A stretch of 64,000 nt of DNA from Blastocatellia bacterium (lineage in GTDB: Bacteria; Acidobacteriota; Blastocatellia; UBA7656): positions 97,967-161,966 of the forward strand of contig DATDOV010000066.1 of assembly GCA_035293105.1 (NCBI GenBank). Direction: 5' to 3'. The position numbers and the translations under genes are program-made. Positions 47,083-56,806 of the stretch are shown piece by piece (the first letter of the stretch is position 1; each line of letters begins with the position of its first letter). Below the pieces are notes generated by a model that did not search any database, was not told the DNA's origin, and saw nothing but the letters and a program-made list of their open reading frames with translations.

Positions 47083-48011
47083 ATAAGAAGTCGCTACCGC
47101 GCGTCATATTCGCGATCACGCTCTGTGTGGTTGCGGCGGCGGCTCAGGAGTCGCAGAAGGGCCCTGCGCCCCAGAAATCGCGGCGTGAGATCGTCGCCGA
47201 TTTCATCAACACGGTTCGCTCTGCGCGAGTGATCGAGTTGAACTTCGTGTGGGACCGGAGCTCGCCGCTTCTTGGGCTGAACCCGCCGTTCTCGCTCGGT
47301 CTTCACACTTCACACAAGCAGACTAAAGGCATCATACCCGGCGGCATCGCGTTCGCCGCCGATATGATGTTCTTCAGCGGCCAGCACGGTGCGCCGACTA
47401 TCGACGCAATCGGTCACATCTCCGACGAACAGAAGCTGTTCGGCGGCCTCGATGCGCCGTCCAACGAAGGCCCGACCGGCTTGCTGGCGCTCGGAATCGA
47501 GACCTATCCCAAAGAGCGCTTCACGAATCGGGCGGTGCTGTTGGACGTCGCGCGCTTCAAGAAGGTCGACGCGCTCGCGCCGGGCCAGGAGATCACCGCT
47601 GAGGATTTGGAGGCGACCGCCAAAGCCGAGGGCGTGGAGATTCGGGCGGGCGATTCGGTGTTGATACGAACGGGTTATGGCAGGTTCTTCGAGTCGGACC
47701 GGGCGAAGTTCTCCGGGTTCCGGCCGGGCCCGGGTGAGGGGGCGGCGCGGTGGCTTGCGGCGAAGAAGATCTTTCTTGCGGGCGACGATCAGATGAGCTT
47801 CGAGGTGGTCCCCGAGAAAGGGACGGTCTTTCCGTGTCACCGAATACTGATCGCGGATAATGGGATCTACATCGTCGAGAATTTGAACCTGGAAGAGCTG
47901 GCGAGCGTGCTGGCTAATGAGAGGGTGTGGGAGTTTTTGTTGGTGCTGAACCCGCCGCGAATCCGCGGAGCGACCGGCGCGGCGTCGAACGCGTTTGCGA
48001 TCATACCGTAG
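47079..48011 (+). CDS. Putative cyclase family protein (kynurenine-formamidase-like fold), secreted.
   Basis: Signal peptide. GQHGAPTIDAIGH resembles the HxGTHxDAPxH metal-binding motif of the cyclase family. The start overlaps the upstream stop. Confidence 0.7.
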   Translation: MNKKSLPRVIFAITLCVVAAAAQESQKGPAPQKSRREIVADFINTVRSARVIELNFVWDRSSPLLGLNPPFSLGLHTSHKQTKGIIPGGIAFAADMMFFSGQHGAPTIDAIGHISDEQKLFGGLDAPSNEGPTGLLALGIETYPKERFTNRAVLLDVARFKKVDALAPGQEITAEDLEATAKAEGVEIRAGDSVLIRTGYGRFFESDRAKFSGFRPGPGEGAARWLAAKKIFLAGDDQMSFEVVPEKGTVFPCHRILIADNGIYIVENLNLEELASVLANERVWEFLLVLNPPRIRGATGAASNAFAIIP

Positions 48012-48124
48012 CTTGGAGTGCGGCGACCTGGCGCCGCTTTGGAAGTCTTCCCTGGAGGCGCGCCGTTTCGATGAGACTACCAAAGCGGCGCCGGGTCGCC
48101 GCACTCCGAAGCAGGCAGGGCAGT

Positions 48125-49270
48125 ATGAAGATCACGATCATCGGGGGCGGACCCGCCGGACTCTACTTCGCAATCCTGATGAAGAAGCAGGACCCGTCGC
48201 ACCAGGTCACCGTGATCGAGCGCGACGGACCAAATGACACCTTCGGCTGGGGAATAGTCTTTTCGGACCAGACCTTCTCCTACCTCGAAGAGAGCGACCA
48301 GCCGTCGTACGCCGCAATCTCGGGCAACTGCGAAACGTGGGACAACGTCGACATCGTTCACCGCGGCCAGAAGATCACAATCCGCGGCAACAAGTTCTCG
48401 GGAATAGCGCGGCTGGCGTTCTTGAACATACTGCATCGGCGATGTCACGATCTGGGCGTCGATCTCAGGTTTCACACCAACGTTGCCGACATAAGCGAGC
48501 TGGAACCCTGCGACCTTCTGGTCGGCGCCGACGGCGCGAACAGTCTGGTGCGGCGCACTTACGGTGACTTCTTTCATCCCGCCGTCGACATCAGAAGGAA
48601 CAAGTACATCTGGCTCGGCACTCACCGGTTGTTCCATGGCCTGACGCTCACCTTTCGCGAGCACGACGCAGGGCTGTTCATCGCCCATTCGTACAAGTTC
48701 AACAGGACGACCAGCACTTTCATTGTGGAGTGCGGCGAAGAGACCTGGCGCGCGGCAGGTTTCGAATCGAAGACCGACGCCGAGACGTGCGAGTACCTCG
48801 CCGCGGTGTTCAAGCAGGACCTCGATGGTGAGCCGCTGCTTGCGAACAACTTCGTCAGGTGGCTCAACTTTCCTCTGGTCCGGAACGGGGTGTGGCGGCA
48901 TGATAACGTCGTGTTGTTGGGCGATGCCTTGCACACGGCGCACTTCTCGATCGGATCGGGAACCAAGCTTGCAGTCGAGGATTCGATCGCGCTTGCGGGC
49001 TGCTTTGCGACCGGCCGGGGAGTCAGCGCCGCGCTCGATGAATTCGCGCGAGTGAGAAAACCGATTGTCGACGCGCTTCAGGAGGCGGCATACTCGAGCC
49101 TGCTGCTGTTCGAGAACGCTCGCGACGAGTTACACCTGGACCCGCTGCCGTTCGCATACAAGTTAATGACCCGGAGCAAGAAGATCGACTATGAGAAACT
49201 GAAGCAACGAGACCCGGAGTTCATCGCGGCCTACGACAACTGGCGGCGAAACTCCGAACAACGATCGTAG
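48125..49270 (+). CDS. FAD-dependent monooxygenase (group A flavoprotein hydroxylase).
   Basis: MKITIIGGGPAGLY GxGxxG FAD-binding motif, an internal DG motif region and a GD motif (LLGDALHTAHFSIGSGTKLAVED). Confidence 0.8.
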   Translation: MKITIIGGGPAGLYFAILMKKQDPSHQVTVIERDGPNDTFGWGIVFSDQTFSYLEESDQPSYAAISGNCETWDNVDIVHRGQKITIRGNKFSGIARLAFLNILHRRCHDLGVDLRFHTNVADISELEPCDLLVGADGANSLVRRTYGDFFHPAVDIRRNKYIWLGTHRLFHGLTLTFREHDAGLFIAHSYKFNRTTSTFIVECGEETWRAAGFESKTDAETCEYLAAVFKQDLDGEPLLANNFVRWLNFPLVRNGVWRHDNVVLLGDALHTAHFSIGSGTKLAVEDSIALAGCFATGRGVSAALDEFARVRKPIVDALQEAAYSSLLLFENARDELHLDPLPFAYKLMTRSKKIDYEKLKQRDPEFIAAYDNWRRNSEQRS

Positions 49271-49285
49271 GAAGGAAGGAACGGA

Positions 49286-49561
49286 ATGCCAAGATTCGTT
49301 ATCGAGAGGGAAATTCCAGGAGCCGGAAAGCTGTCGCCGGCCGAACTGCAAGCCATTTCGCAAACATCGTGCGGGGTGTTGCAAAAGATGGGACCGCGGA
49401 TTCAGTGGCTGCAAAGCTTCGTCACCGATGACAAGATCTACTGTGTCTACATCGCGCCGGATGAGGCGACGATACGTGAGCACGCCAATCAGGGCGGCTT
49501 CCCCGCCAACCGGGTGTCGGAGGTGAAGTCGATCATCGATCCAACGACCGCGGAACGGTGA
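49286..49561 (+). CDS. DUF4242-family small protein.
   Basis: 91 aa. The pattern MPRFVIEREIPGAG ... YCVYIAPDEATIREHA is characteristic of DUF4242. Confidence 0.55.
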   Translation: MPRFVIEREIPGAGKLSPAELQAISQTSCGVLQKMGPRIQWLQSFVTDDKIYCVYIAPDEATIREHANQGGFPANRVSEVKSIIDPTTAER

Positions 49562-49562
49562 T

Positions 49563-49640
49563 GTTCTGAGTTCAGCCTTGAGGCTGCTGGTCTCCGAAGC
49601 GGGCAAGCTGAAGCTCGAACTCAGAACGGAACTCAGAACC
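49563..49640. repeat. REP-like composite palindromic intergenic repeat, copy B.
   Basis: GTTCTGAGTTCAGCCTTGAGGCTG ... GCAAGCTGAAGCTCGAACTCAGAAC GGAACTCAGAAC. It shares its modules with copies A and C. Confidence 0.6.
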
Positions 49641-51119
49641 ATGTGGCGCGCCCCGAATCCAATCCGTCACCACATTCCCGAAACGCGCTGGCCCACCGAC
49701 GGTGAAGCCGCGCGCTCACTGCTGTTCAGCCCGCTTCGCATCGGGCCAATCGCAATCGAGAGCCGCACGTGGGTCCCGGCGATGGTTCCGTGGCGCGCTA
49801 CTGAGGACGGCTTCGTCACCCGCAACATCATCGAGTGGTACGGGCGCTTCGCTGCCGGCCGTCCCGCAGTCATCGTCGTCGAAGCTACCGGCGTGCGCGA
49901 CATTGCAAGCGGCCCGCTGCTTCGCATCGGGCACGACCGGTTCATCCCCGGCCTCAAAGAACTGGTCGAAACCGTCAGACGAGAGAGCGGCGGTCACACG
50001 CGACTGTTCATCCAGATCATCGACTTCCTTGCGGTCAAGCGCCGACCCGAAAAGGAAAAGTTCTTCGAGCGCTTCTTTGAGGTGACCGATCACCACCGTC
50101 GCGCGCTGACTGAAGCGACCGAGGATAAACGCTGGCTCGTCGCCGGGGATTCTGACGTGCGCGCGCTGCTGGGAACCGCAAGCGACGAATTGCTGGATCG
50201 CGTTCTCGACGAGCGCGAACTCGAGTCGCTCAGGTTCGGGTATCGCGAGCGGGTGACCGACATGCATCTCGCTCACGTGCGAGAGCTGCCCCAAGTCTTG
50301 CCCGATATCTTCTCCGCAGCGGCGTGGCGCGCGCGTGAGGCGGGCTTTGACGGCGTCGAGCTCCACTACGCGCACGCGTACACGATGGCGTCTTTTCTGA
50401 GCGCTAAGAATAACCGGGAGGACGGCTACGGCGGTGAGAGAGAGAATCGCGCGAGGCTCCCGCTCGAAGTTTACCGCTCGGTTCGCGCAACGGTGGGCAG
50501 CGATTATGTTGTCGGCGTCCGGTTTCTGAGCGACGAGGTGATCGAGGGAGGCAGCCATCTTGAAGACGCGGTTTACTTCGGCGTTGAGTTTGCCGGCGCG
50601 GGCTTCGATTACCTTTCAGTGTCGAAGGGCGGAAAGTTCGATGACGCCAAACAGCCGAAAATCGGGCAGGCTGTTTATCCTTACACGGGCCGGAGCGGCT
50701 ACGAGTGCATGCCTACCGTGCTGTCGGATGAGCGAGGCCCATTCGGCCGCAACGTCCCGCTCGCAGCAGAGATCAAACACGCCGTGAACGCCGCAGGCTA
50801 CACGGCGCCGGTGGTGACCTCGGGAGGGATCGCGACGTACGAGCAATGTGAGAGCATTCTTCAGAAGGGAGAGGCCGACATCGTTGCCGCCGCTCGCCAG
50901 TCGCTCGCCGACCCGGACTGGTTTTTGAAGATGCGACTCGGGCGCGGAGACGAGATTCGGCGCTGCGTCTTCACGAACTATTGCAAGGGGCTCGACCAGA
51001 TGCACAAGCAGGTGACGTGCAAGCTTTGGGACCACGTCGGACTCGACGAGCCTGGAATCACGCTGAGCGACGACGGCCGCCGCCGGCTTGTTGCCCCGAG
51101 CGACGCGACGCGCCGTTGA
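49641..51119 (+). CDS. Old-Yellow-Enzyme family NADH:flavin oxidoreductase (TIM barrel, 2,4-dienoyl-CoA-reductase-like N-domain).
   Basis: OYE conservation (PLRIGPIAIESRTWVPAMV ... HYAHAYTMASFLSAKNNRED ... VRFLSDE). Start placed at the ATG immediately after the repeat. The ORF-track N-terminus (LKLELRTELRT) is a translation of the repeat. Confidence 0.8.
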   Translation: MWRAPNPIRHHIPETRWPTDGEAARSLLFSPLRIGPIAIESRTWVPAMVPWRATEDGFVTRNIIEWYGRFAAGRPAVIVVEATGVRDIASGPLLRIGHDRFIPGLKELVETVRRESGGHTRLFIQIIDFLAVKRRPEKEKFFERFFEVTDHHRRALTEATEDKRWLVAGDSDVRALLGTASDELLDRVLDERELESLRFGYRERVTDMHLAHVRELPQVLPDIFSAAAWRAREAGFDGVELHYAHAYTMASFLSAKNNREDGYGGERENRARLPLEVYRSVRATVGSDYVVGVRFLSDEVIEGGSHLEDAVYFGVEFAGAGFDYLSVSKGGKFDDAKQPKIGQAVYPYTGRSGYECMPTVLSDERGPFGRNVPLAAEIKHAVNAAGYTAPVVTSGGIATYEQCESILQKGEADIVAAARQSLADPDWFLKMRLGRGDEIRRCVFTNYCKGLDQMHKQVTCKLWDHVGLDEPGITLSDDGRRRLVAPSDATRR

Positions 51120-51135
51120 TGGTCATTCACGTCGG

Positions 51136-51217
51136 TGTTCAAGCTCTGAGTTCAAGCTTTAGCTTGCGGTCGTCGTGGGCAACCTGGTGGGCAACCTAAA
51201 GGTTGAACTCAGAACTG
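51136..51217. repeat. REP-like composite palindromic intergenic repeat, copy C.
   Basis: GTTCAAGCTCTGAGTTCAAGCTTTAGCTTGC ... GCAACCTAAAGGTTGAACTCAGAAC. Confidence 0.6.
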
Positions 51218-51246
51218 CCGGTGATCTTCGCGAGAGGAGGCTCCTC

Positions 51247-51792
51247 TTGAGCGGATACTGCATAGTGGCGCCGGGCCATCCCTATCACGGACCCTGGCAC
51301 GACCGGGAGTACGGTTTTCCTACTCGCAACGACACGGCGTTGTTTGAGCGGCTCGCGCTCGAGATCAACCAAGCCGGGCTGTCCTGGCTAACGGTACTCA
51401 AGAAGCGCGAGGCATTTCGGTTAGCGTTCGATGGTTTCGACATCGACCAGGTAGCCGCGTACGGGGGGCGCGAGCGCTCGCGGTTGCTCGGCGACGCGGG
51501 CATCATTCGCAACCGGTTGAAGATTGACGCCGTGATCGAAAACGCCTGCCGGATCGTGACCATTCGAGGGGGCCACGGAAGCTTCGCCAAATGGCTCGAG
51601 GCAAATCACCCGCGTTCCAAAGACGAATGGGTCAAGCTGTTCAAGCAGACGTTCGTGTTCACCGGCGGAGAGATCACCGGCGAGTTTCTCATGAGCACGG
51701 GCTATCTACCCGGCGCCCACGCCCGGACGTGCCCGGTTTACGGCAGCATCGCAAAGAAGAACCCGCCGTGGATGCGCGCGGTCCGCAAGTGA
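51247..51792 (+). CDS. tag: DNA-3-methyladenine glycosylase I (Tag).
   Basis: CIVAPGHPYHGPWHDREYGFP parallels the E. coli Tag N-terminus (C ... YHDNEWGVP). QAGLSWLTVLKKRE is highly conserved. A TTG start at 51247 is preceded by GAGGAGG. The ORF-track N-terminus is a translation of the repeat. Confidence 0.7.
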   Translation: MSGYCIVAPGHPYHGPWHDREYGFPTRNDTALFERLALEINQAGLSWLTVLKKREAFRLAFDGFDIDQVAAYGGRERSRLLGDAGIIRNRLKIDAVIENACRIVTIRGGHGSFAKWLEANHPRSKDEWVKLFKQTFVFTGGEITGEFLMSTGYLPGAHARTCPVYGSIAKKNPPWMRAVRK

Positions 51793-51956
51793 TTGACGAC
51801 TGCGAGCACAAGCCTCAGCGTAACCGAAAGCCGCCGACGTGATGCTCTGAGCAGTAATGCCTTGTTGTGGCATGCCTCAGGTTCTACAATTGCCGGGACT
51901 GTTTGACGAGAGACGCTGGACGCTCAAAGTGATCACTTCGAGTGGAGTCATAAGGA

Positions 51957-53273
51957 ATGAGCGCAGAGTTGGTGAGCAAGATAGCCGGACACCGAGCCGC
52001 GATCGGCGTGATCGGCCTGGGCTACGTTGGGCTGCCGCTGGCGGTCGAGTTTGCGCGCGGCGGGTTTCCGGTCACCGGATTCGACGTCGATGAATCGCGC
52101 GTCGCGAAGATCAACCAGGGCGAGTCTTATATTCCCGATGTCCCGTCTGAAGTTGTGCGGACTCTCGTCGAGCGGGAGAAGCTGTCCGCGTCGTCGGACT
52201 TCTCGAAGCTCAAGCAAACTGACGTCGTGATCATCTGCGTGCCGACCCCGCTCCGCAAGACCAAGGAGCCCGACGTCTCCTTCATCCTTGCCGCGGCCGA
52301 GCAGGTTCAGGCGAATCTCCATCCGCAACAGTTGGTGATACTCGAATCGACCACGTATCCGGGGACAACCGATGAAGTGCTGCTGCCGATGTTCGAAGAG
52401 ACCGGCCTCAAGCTCGACACGGATTTCTACCTCGCCTTTTCGCCCGAGCGCGTCGATCCGGGCAACAGGCAATTCCAGGCTCACAACATTCCCAAAGTCG
52501 TCGGCGGCGTTACGGCGATCTCGACTGATGTTGCCGCCGCGCTTTATCAGACGGTCGTCGAGCGGGTCCACAAGGTCTCCAGCGCGCGCGTGGCCGAGAC
52601 GGCGAAGCTGCTCGAGAACACTTTTCGCTCGGTCAACATCGCGCTTGTGAACGAAATGGCGCAGCTCTGTTATCACCTCGGCATCGACTCGTGGGAAGTG
52701 ATCCGCGCGGCAGAGACCAAACCTTTCGGGTTCATGGCGTTCTATCCCGGCCCCGGCATCGGAGGGCATTGCATCCCGCTCGACCCGCACTACCTGTCAT
52801 GGAAGGCCCGGTTGCACGGCTTCGAGGCGAGGTTCATCAGCCTTGCCGAAGAAGTGAACTCTCACATGCCGCGTCACGTCGTGCAGCTCGTTCAAGACGG
52901 ATTGAACCAGCACGCGAAGGCAGTCAAAGGCGCGCGGGTGCTGGTGCTCGGCGTCGCGTACAAGCGCGACATCGACGACGTGCGCGAGTCGCCGGCGCTC
53001 GGGATAATCGATCAACTGCTCCACAAAGGCGCCGAGGTGAGTTATTATGACGGCTTCATACCTGAGCTGCAGCTCGATGGCAGTGGGTCGCTCGTTTCGG
53101 TGACCCTCACCGATGAAGTGCTCGCTGGCTGCGACTGCGCGGTCATCGTGACCGACCATTCAAATGTGGACTACTCGCGAGTTGTTCGGCTCGCTCCTCT
53201 GATAGTGGATACGCGCAACGTTACGCGCAAACTCGGCACCAACGAACACGACGACAAGATTGTAAGGTTGTAA
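51957..53273 (+). CDS. Nucleotide-sugar dehydrogenase (UDP-glucose/GDP-mannose dehydrogenase family, probably a UDP-N-acetyl-hexosamine dehydrogenase).
   Basis: N-terminal IGVIGLGYVGLPLA Rossmann motif, catalytic-Cys region (GPGIGGHCIPLDP) and C-terminal UDP-binding domain. Confidence 0.85.
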   Translation: MSAELVSKIAGHRAAIGVIGLGYVGLPLAVEFARGGFPVTGFDVDESRVAKINQGESYIPDVPSEVVRTLVEREKLSASSDFSKLKQTDVVIICVPTPLRKTKEPDVSFILAAAEQVQANLHPQQLVILESTTYPGTTDEVLLPMFEETGLKLDTDFYLAFSPERVDPGNRQFQAHNIPKVVGGVTAISTDVAAALYQTVVERVHKVSSARVAETAKLLENTFRSVNIALVNEMAQLCYHLGIDSWEVIRAAETKPFGFMAFYPGPGIGGHCIPLDPHYLSWKARLHGFEARFISLAEEVNSHMPRHVVQLVQDGLNQHAKAVKGARVLVLGVAYKRDIDDVRESPALGIIDQLLHKGAEVSYYDGFIPELQLDGSGSLVSVTLTDEVLAGCDCAVIVTDHSNVDYSRVVRLAPLIVDTRNVTRKLGTNEHDDKIVRL

Positions 53274-53286
53274 TCCGAGCCGCCCG

Positions 53287-54240
53287 GTGATTAGAGCGAA
53301 GTTATTAGCGAGCCTTTTCGCCCTCGCCCTTGTCTCATGTGGCGGCAAGCGGGCTCCGCTATCAAGTGAGGGTCACTGGAGGGCGAAGGCGCCGGCCGGC
53401 AAGCTCGATCTTCTCGCGGTCGATTTCGTCGATGCGCAAACGGGCTGGGCGGTGGGCGACATCGACCCCGCCGGCTCAGGAGGCGCGATCTTCCGAACCG
53501 GCGACGGAGGGGCGAGTTGGCAGCCGATTGCGCGCACGACCGAAGTGCTTGCGGCCGTCCATTTCATTAACCGCTCCGAGGGCTGGGCGGCGGGTTACGC
53601 CGGACGCATCAGCCGCACGAGCGACGGCGGACAGACCTGGACTAACCAGCGAGTCGAACGAGAAGGCGAGGTTTTGAATTCGATCTTTTTCATAGACGCC
53701 GAACAAGGCTGGGTGGCTGGCGGCGCGGGATTGGTGCTTCGCACGCTGAATGGGGGCGCGACCTGGGACGCGGCGCCGACCCGACGCGTCGAGGACCTCT
53801 GGTGTGTGCGCTTCGCTTCGCGCGATCGAGGCTGGATCGCCGGTGACGACGGGCTTGTTCTCGCAACCACGGATGGCGGGAACTCGTGGACGCCGCAGCA
53901 GTCCGGGATCAAGCGCGCGCTGTACGGAATCGCGGTTTCTGAAACCGGCTTGGCGGTTGTGACAGGAGAGGGCGGTACAATCGTGCGAAGCGCGGACGGC
54001 GTGACGTGGGAGAGAGTCGAGTCCGGCACGAGTGAGACGCTCAACGCCGTCTCGCTCGCGGGGAAGGAGACTCTGTGGGCCGTCGCGTCGAAAGGCGTGA
54101 CGCTGGGATCGACGGACGGCGGACGAACATGGAGCGCCATCAAACCGGTTTCTTCCGCCGATCTGCTGTCGGTTGATGTGATTAGTGCCTCGCGCGGCGC
54201 GGCAGTCGGTCGGCGCGGCGCAGTTCAAGTGCTCGAGTGA
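53287..54240 (+). CDS. Lipoprotein with BNR/Asp-box-like repeats (Ycf48-like beta-propeller).
   Basis: Lipobox (LVSCGG). Repeated GW(A/V)xG ... T.DGG.(S/T)W blocks. Confidence 0.6.
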   Translation: MIRAKLLASLFALALVSCGGKRAPLSSEGHWRAKAPAGKLDLLAVDFVDAQTGWAVGDIDPAGSGGAIFRTGDGGASWQPIARTTEVLAAVHFINRSEGWAAGYAGRISRTSDGGQTWTNQRVEREGEVLNSIFFIDAEQGWVAGGAGLVLRTLNGGATWDAAPTRRVEDLWCVRFASRDRGWIAGDDGLVLATTDGGNSWTPQQSGIKRALYGIAVSETGLAVVTGEGGTIVRSADGVTWERVESGTSETLNAVSLAGKETLWAVASKGVTLGSTDGGRTWSAIKPVSSADLLSVDVISASRGAAVGRRGAVQVLE

Positions 54241-54256
54241 AGCGGGAGTCTTACTT

Positions 54257-55009
54257 ATGACGCGTTGGTTCAAAATCATGTCGGTTCTTGCGGGCGCGGC
54301 GCTGCTCCTGATCGCAAGTGCCGGCGGCTCGTATGCTCATCACGCGGTATTGCGGTTCAACCTTGAAGAGATGACCGCGACGGCTAATCGAATCTTCGTC
54401 GGCCGGTGCCTCGCAGTCGAAGAAACCGAGGAGATGATCGCGCAGGGCATCCTGCCCGTGACCCGATACACCTTCGAGGTCGAGCGCGCGATCAAGGGAC
54501 GGCTGCCGAGGGTCGTGACATTTCGCCAGCTTGGTCACCCGGCAAAGCGGGCGCTCAGCAAGGGCGGCGGGATGACTGTGCACGGCCGCGCCGCCTCGCC
54601 GGATAGTTTTCTTCACGGCATGAGCGAATACCGGCGAGGCGACCGCGTGATCCTGTTCCTCATACCCGACTATATGGGCGGCAAGGTCACCTATCCCGTC
54701 GGTCTCTATCAGGGCGCGTTCTTCGTTTCCGAGATGCCTTCGGGCGAGAAGCTCGTGCGGAACAGCATAAACAACCTCGGCCTGTTTACCGCGCCTTACA
54801 ACGGCACGAAGATGAAAGAGTCCGATGCGAGGATCATCTTTCCCGCGAGCGGCGATCTGTCTCGCATCCCGGACGGCGAGTCGCTTGCGCGCAAGCGCGG
54901 GGCGTTGCCGCTCGATCAGTTCATCAACGTAGTCGATCAGATAGTCGCCGCGCATGGAGACGAGAAGGGCACGATAGGCGGCCCGCGGAAGGGAGTTATT
55001 CAACAATGA
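54257..55009 (+). CDS. Secreted hypothetical protein.
   Basis: Signal peptide (MTRWFKIMSVLAGAALLLIASAGGSYA). No family recognised. Confidence 0.4.
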   Translation: MTRWFKIMSVLAGAALLLIASAGGSYAHHAVLRFNLEEMTATANRIFVGRCLAVEETEEMIAQGILPVTRYTFEVERAIKGRLPRVVTFRQLGHPAKRALSKGGGMTVHGRAASPDSFLHGMSEYRRGDRVILFLIPDYMGGKVTYPVGLYQGAFFVSEMPSGEKLVRNSINNLGLFTAPYNGTKMKESDARIIFPASGDLSRIPDGESLARKRGALPLDQFINVVDQIVAAHGDEKGTIGGPRKGVIQQ

Positions 55010-56787
55010 CTACGAGGCGGTTGATCCTTTCACTGACGATGTCGATCGCGGCCGTTTCGGCCACTGTTTCATGGGCGCAGGCCGGCGGGCCGCTTGCCAT
55101 GCTCAATGGCCAGCCGGTGCGCTGGGCGCGCAGCGAGGTCAGAGGCGGGCCGCTCAATTCGGCGACGGTCGATTCGGCGGGCCGCGTCTTGTATCACGTC
55201 GATTCCGGCACGCTCGGGCCCGTTTCCGGGGCTCAGGCAACAGCGTTCGTCGACAGAATATTCGGGCTCTACACCGGAATCCCGACCGCTTCGATTGAGT
55301 TCGTTAACGCGGGCAGCATCATGGACCCGCTGACCAATCAACCGGTGGATGTCAACGGGTCGAACGTGGGCCGGTTCATCAGCCGTGCAAGTCCGACGTT
55401 TCAGAACCCGATAATCTTCGACAGCGACGGTTCGATCACGGGCAGTGGTGGAGTGCTCGGGTTCTTCGGCTTCTCGCAGGTCGACGAACCCAGCGGCTCG
55501 CTCCGCGAAGGGTTCGTCGTGCTCAACGGCAGATCGCTGACGACCGGCGTACTGAGTACGACTTCGTTTCTCGGTGTCTTCACGCACGAATTCGGCCACT
55601 TCGCCGGTCCGCTCGATCACGCCCAGATCGACGGCAACATCGCGTCAGACGGCGATGGTGCGGTCCTTCCATCGGGATTCTCTGAGGCTCAGGCGTACGA
55701 CCTTTACGCGCCGTTTACGGAAACGCTCTACCCGTTTCTTTTCCTGGCGCCGGCCGGCTCGCAGCTTGGCGGGCAGTTCCCGGACTCGGGCGCTTTTGTG
55801 GCAACGCTCGACCTCGATACGCAGAACGCGTTGTCGAACCTCTACCCAACAGTGGATTACCTCGCAAACAACGGCTCCGTCGAAGGCCGGGTGGTCATAA
55901 GAACGCAAACCGGCGACATCCCGATAAGCGGGATCAACGTCGTCGCTCGTCGTGTAGATCAGGGAGCCTACCCGCCGCCGCCGGGGACCTCAGCTTTTCC
56001 CGCGGCGCCCGTCCTGGACGCCGACGGGGTCCCGCAGATTCCGCCGCCGCAAGCCGCTACGGATTCGCTTGCGACGATTTCGAGCGCGGTGACCGGACTG
56101 GAATTCGGCGCCGGCACCTATCGTATTCAGGGATTGCCGCCGGGCCAGTACCTGGTTGGCATTCAACAAATCAACCCGGATGCGACCGGCGGGTCTGGAA
56201 TAGGTCCCCTCGGCGAGCAGTTCCCGCTCCCCCAGCCCGAAGAATTCTTCAATGGTCCGAACGACTCATCGAACACCCCGGCGACGTTCATGGCCGTCGC
56301 GGTGGCCGCGGGTCAGGTGACCACCGGCATCGACATCATCCTCATGCTGAATCCGTTGGCGCCGCCCACGCCGGTGGCCGAGATAGAGCCGAACGAAAAC
56401 AAGAAGAAGGCGCCGCGGATCGCGTTCCCGGTCGAGGTCACGGGCAACGCCGCTTCGACAGACGCCTCAACGCTGAAAATGAGCTTCGGTAGCTCCGGCA
56501 CTGACAAGATTGAGGACCTGTACCGTTTCACGGTCACCGAGACCCGCACCTTCTACGTCTTTTTGGACGCGACTTCGGGAGTGGGCGATCTCGATTTGTA
56601 CCTGTTCGCGAGCAGCGTGAGTAAGAAGAAGACCTCGCTGGATGATCCGAATCTGCTGGGACTCAGTCTGAGCGAGACTTCCGCCGAGGTGATCGGAGTT
56701 CAGTTGGCGCCAGGGACGTACATCGTCGGGGTGAGCGCGTTCGCCGGGAGCCAGAGCTACCGGCTGCGGATAATCACTTCGGCGTGA
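55006..56787 (+). CDS. Secreted zinc metalloprotease-like protein (HExxH) with a C-terminal pre-peptidase (PPC)-like beta domain.
   Basis: Signal peptide. HEFGH motif (FTHEFGHFAGPLDH). C-terminal region with DLDLYLF and YRLRI resembling a PPC domain. The start overlaps the upstream stop. Confidence 0.55.
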   Translation: MTTRRLILSLTMSIAAVSATVSWAQAGGPLAMLNGQPVRWARSEVRGGPLNSATVDSAGRVLYHVDSGTLGPVSGAQATAFVDRIFGLYTGIPTASIEFVNAGSIMDPLTNQPVDVNGSNVGRFISRASPTFQNPIIFDSDGSITGSGGVLGFFGFSQVDEPSGSLREGFVVLNGRSLTTGVLSTTSFLGVFTHEFGHFAGPLDHAQIDGNIASDGDGAVLPSGFSEAQAYDLYAPFTETLYPFLFLAPAGSQLGGQFPDSGAFVATLDLDTQNALSNLYPTVDYLANNGSVEGRVVIRTQTGDIPISGINVVARRVDQGAYPPPPGTSAFPAAPVLDADGVPQIPPPQAATDSLATISSAVTGLEFGAGTYRIQGLPPGQYLVGIQQINPDATGGSGIGPLGEQFPLPQPEEFFNGPNDSSNTPATFMAVAVAAGQVTTGIDIILMLNPLAPPTPVAEIEPNENKKKAPRIAFPVEVTGNAASTDASTLKMSFGSSGTDKIEDLYRFTVTETRTFYVFLDATSGVGDLDLYLFASSVSKKKTSLDDPNLLGLSLSETSAEVIGVQLAPGTYIVGVSAFAGSQSYRLRIITSA

Positions 56788-56806
56788 TGCAGGGGGAGAG
56801 GAAGAG

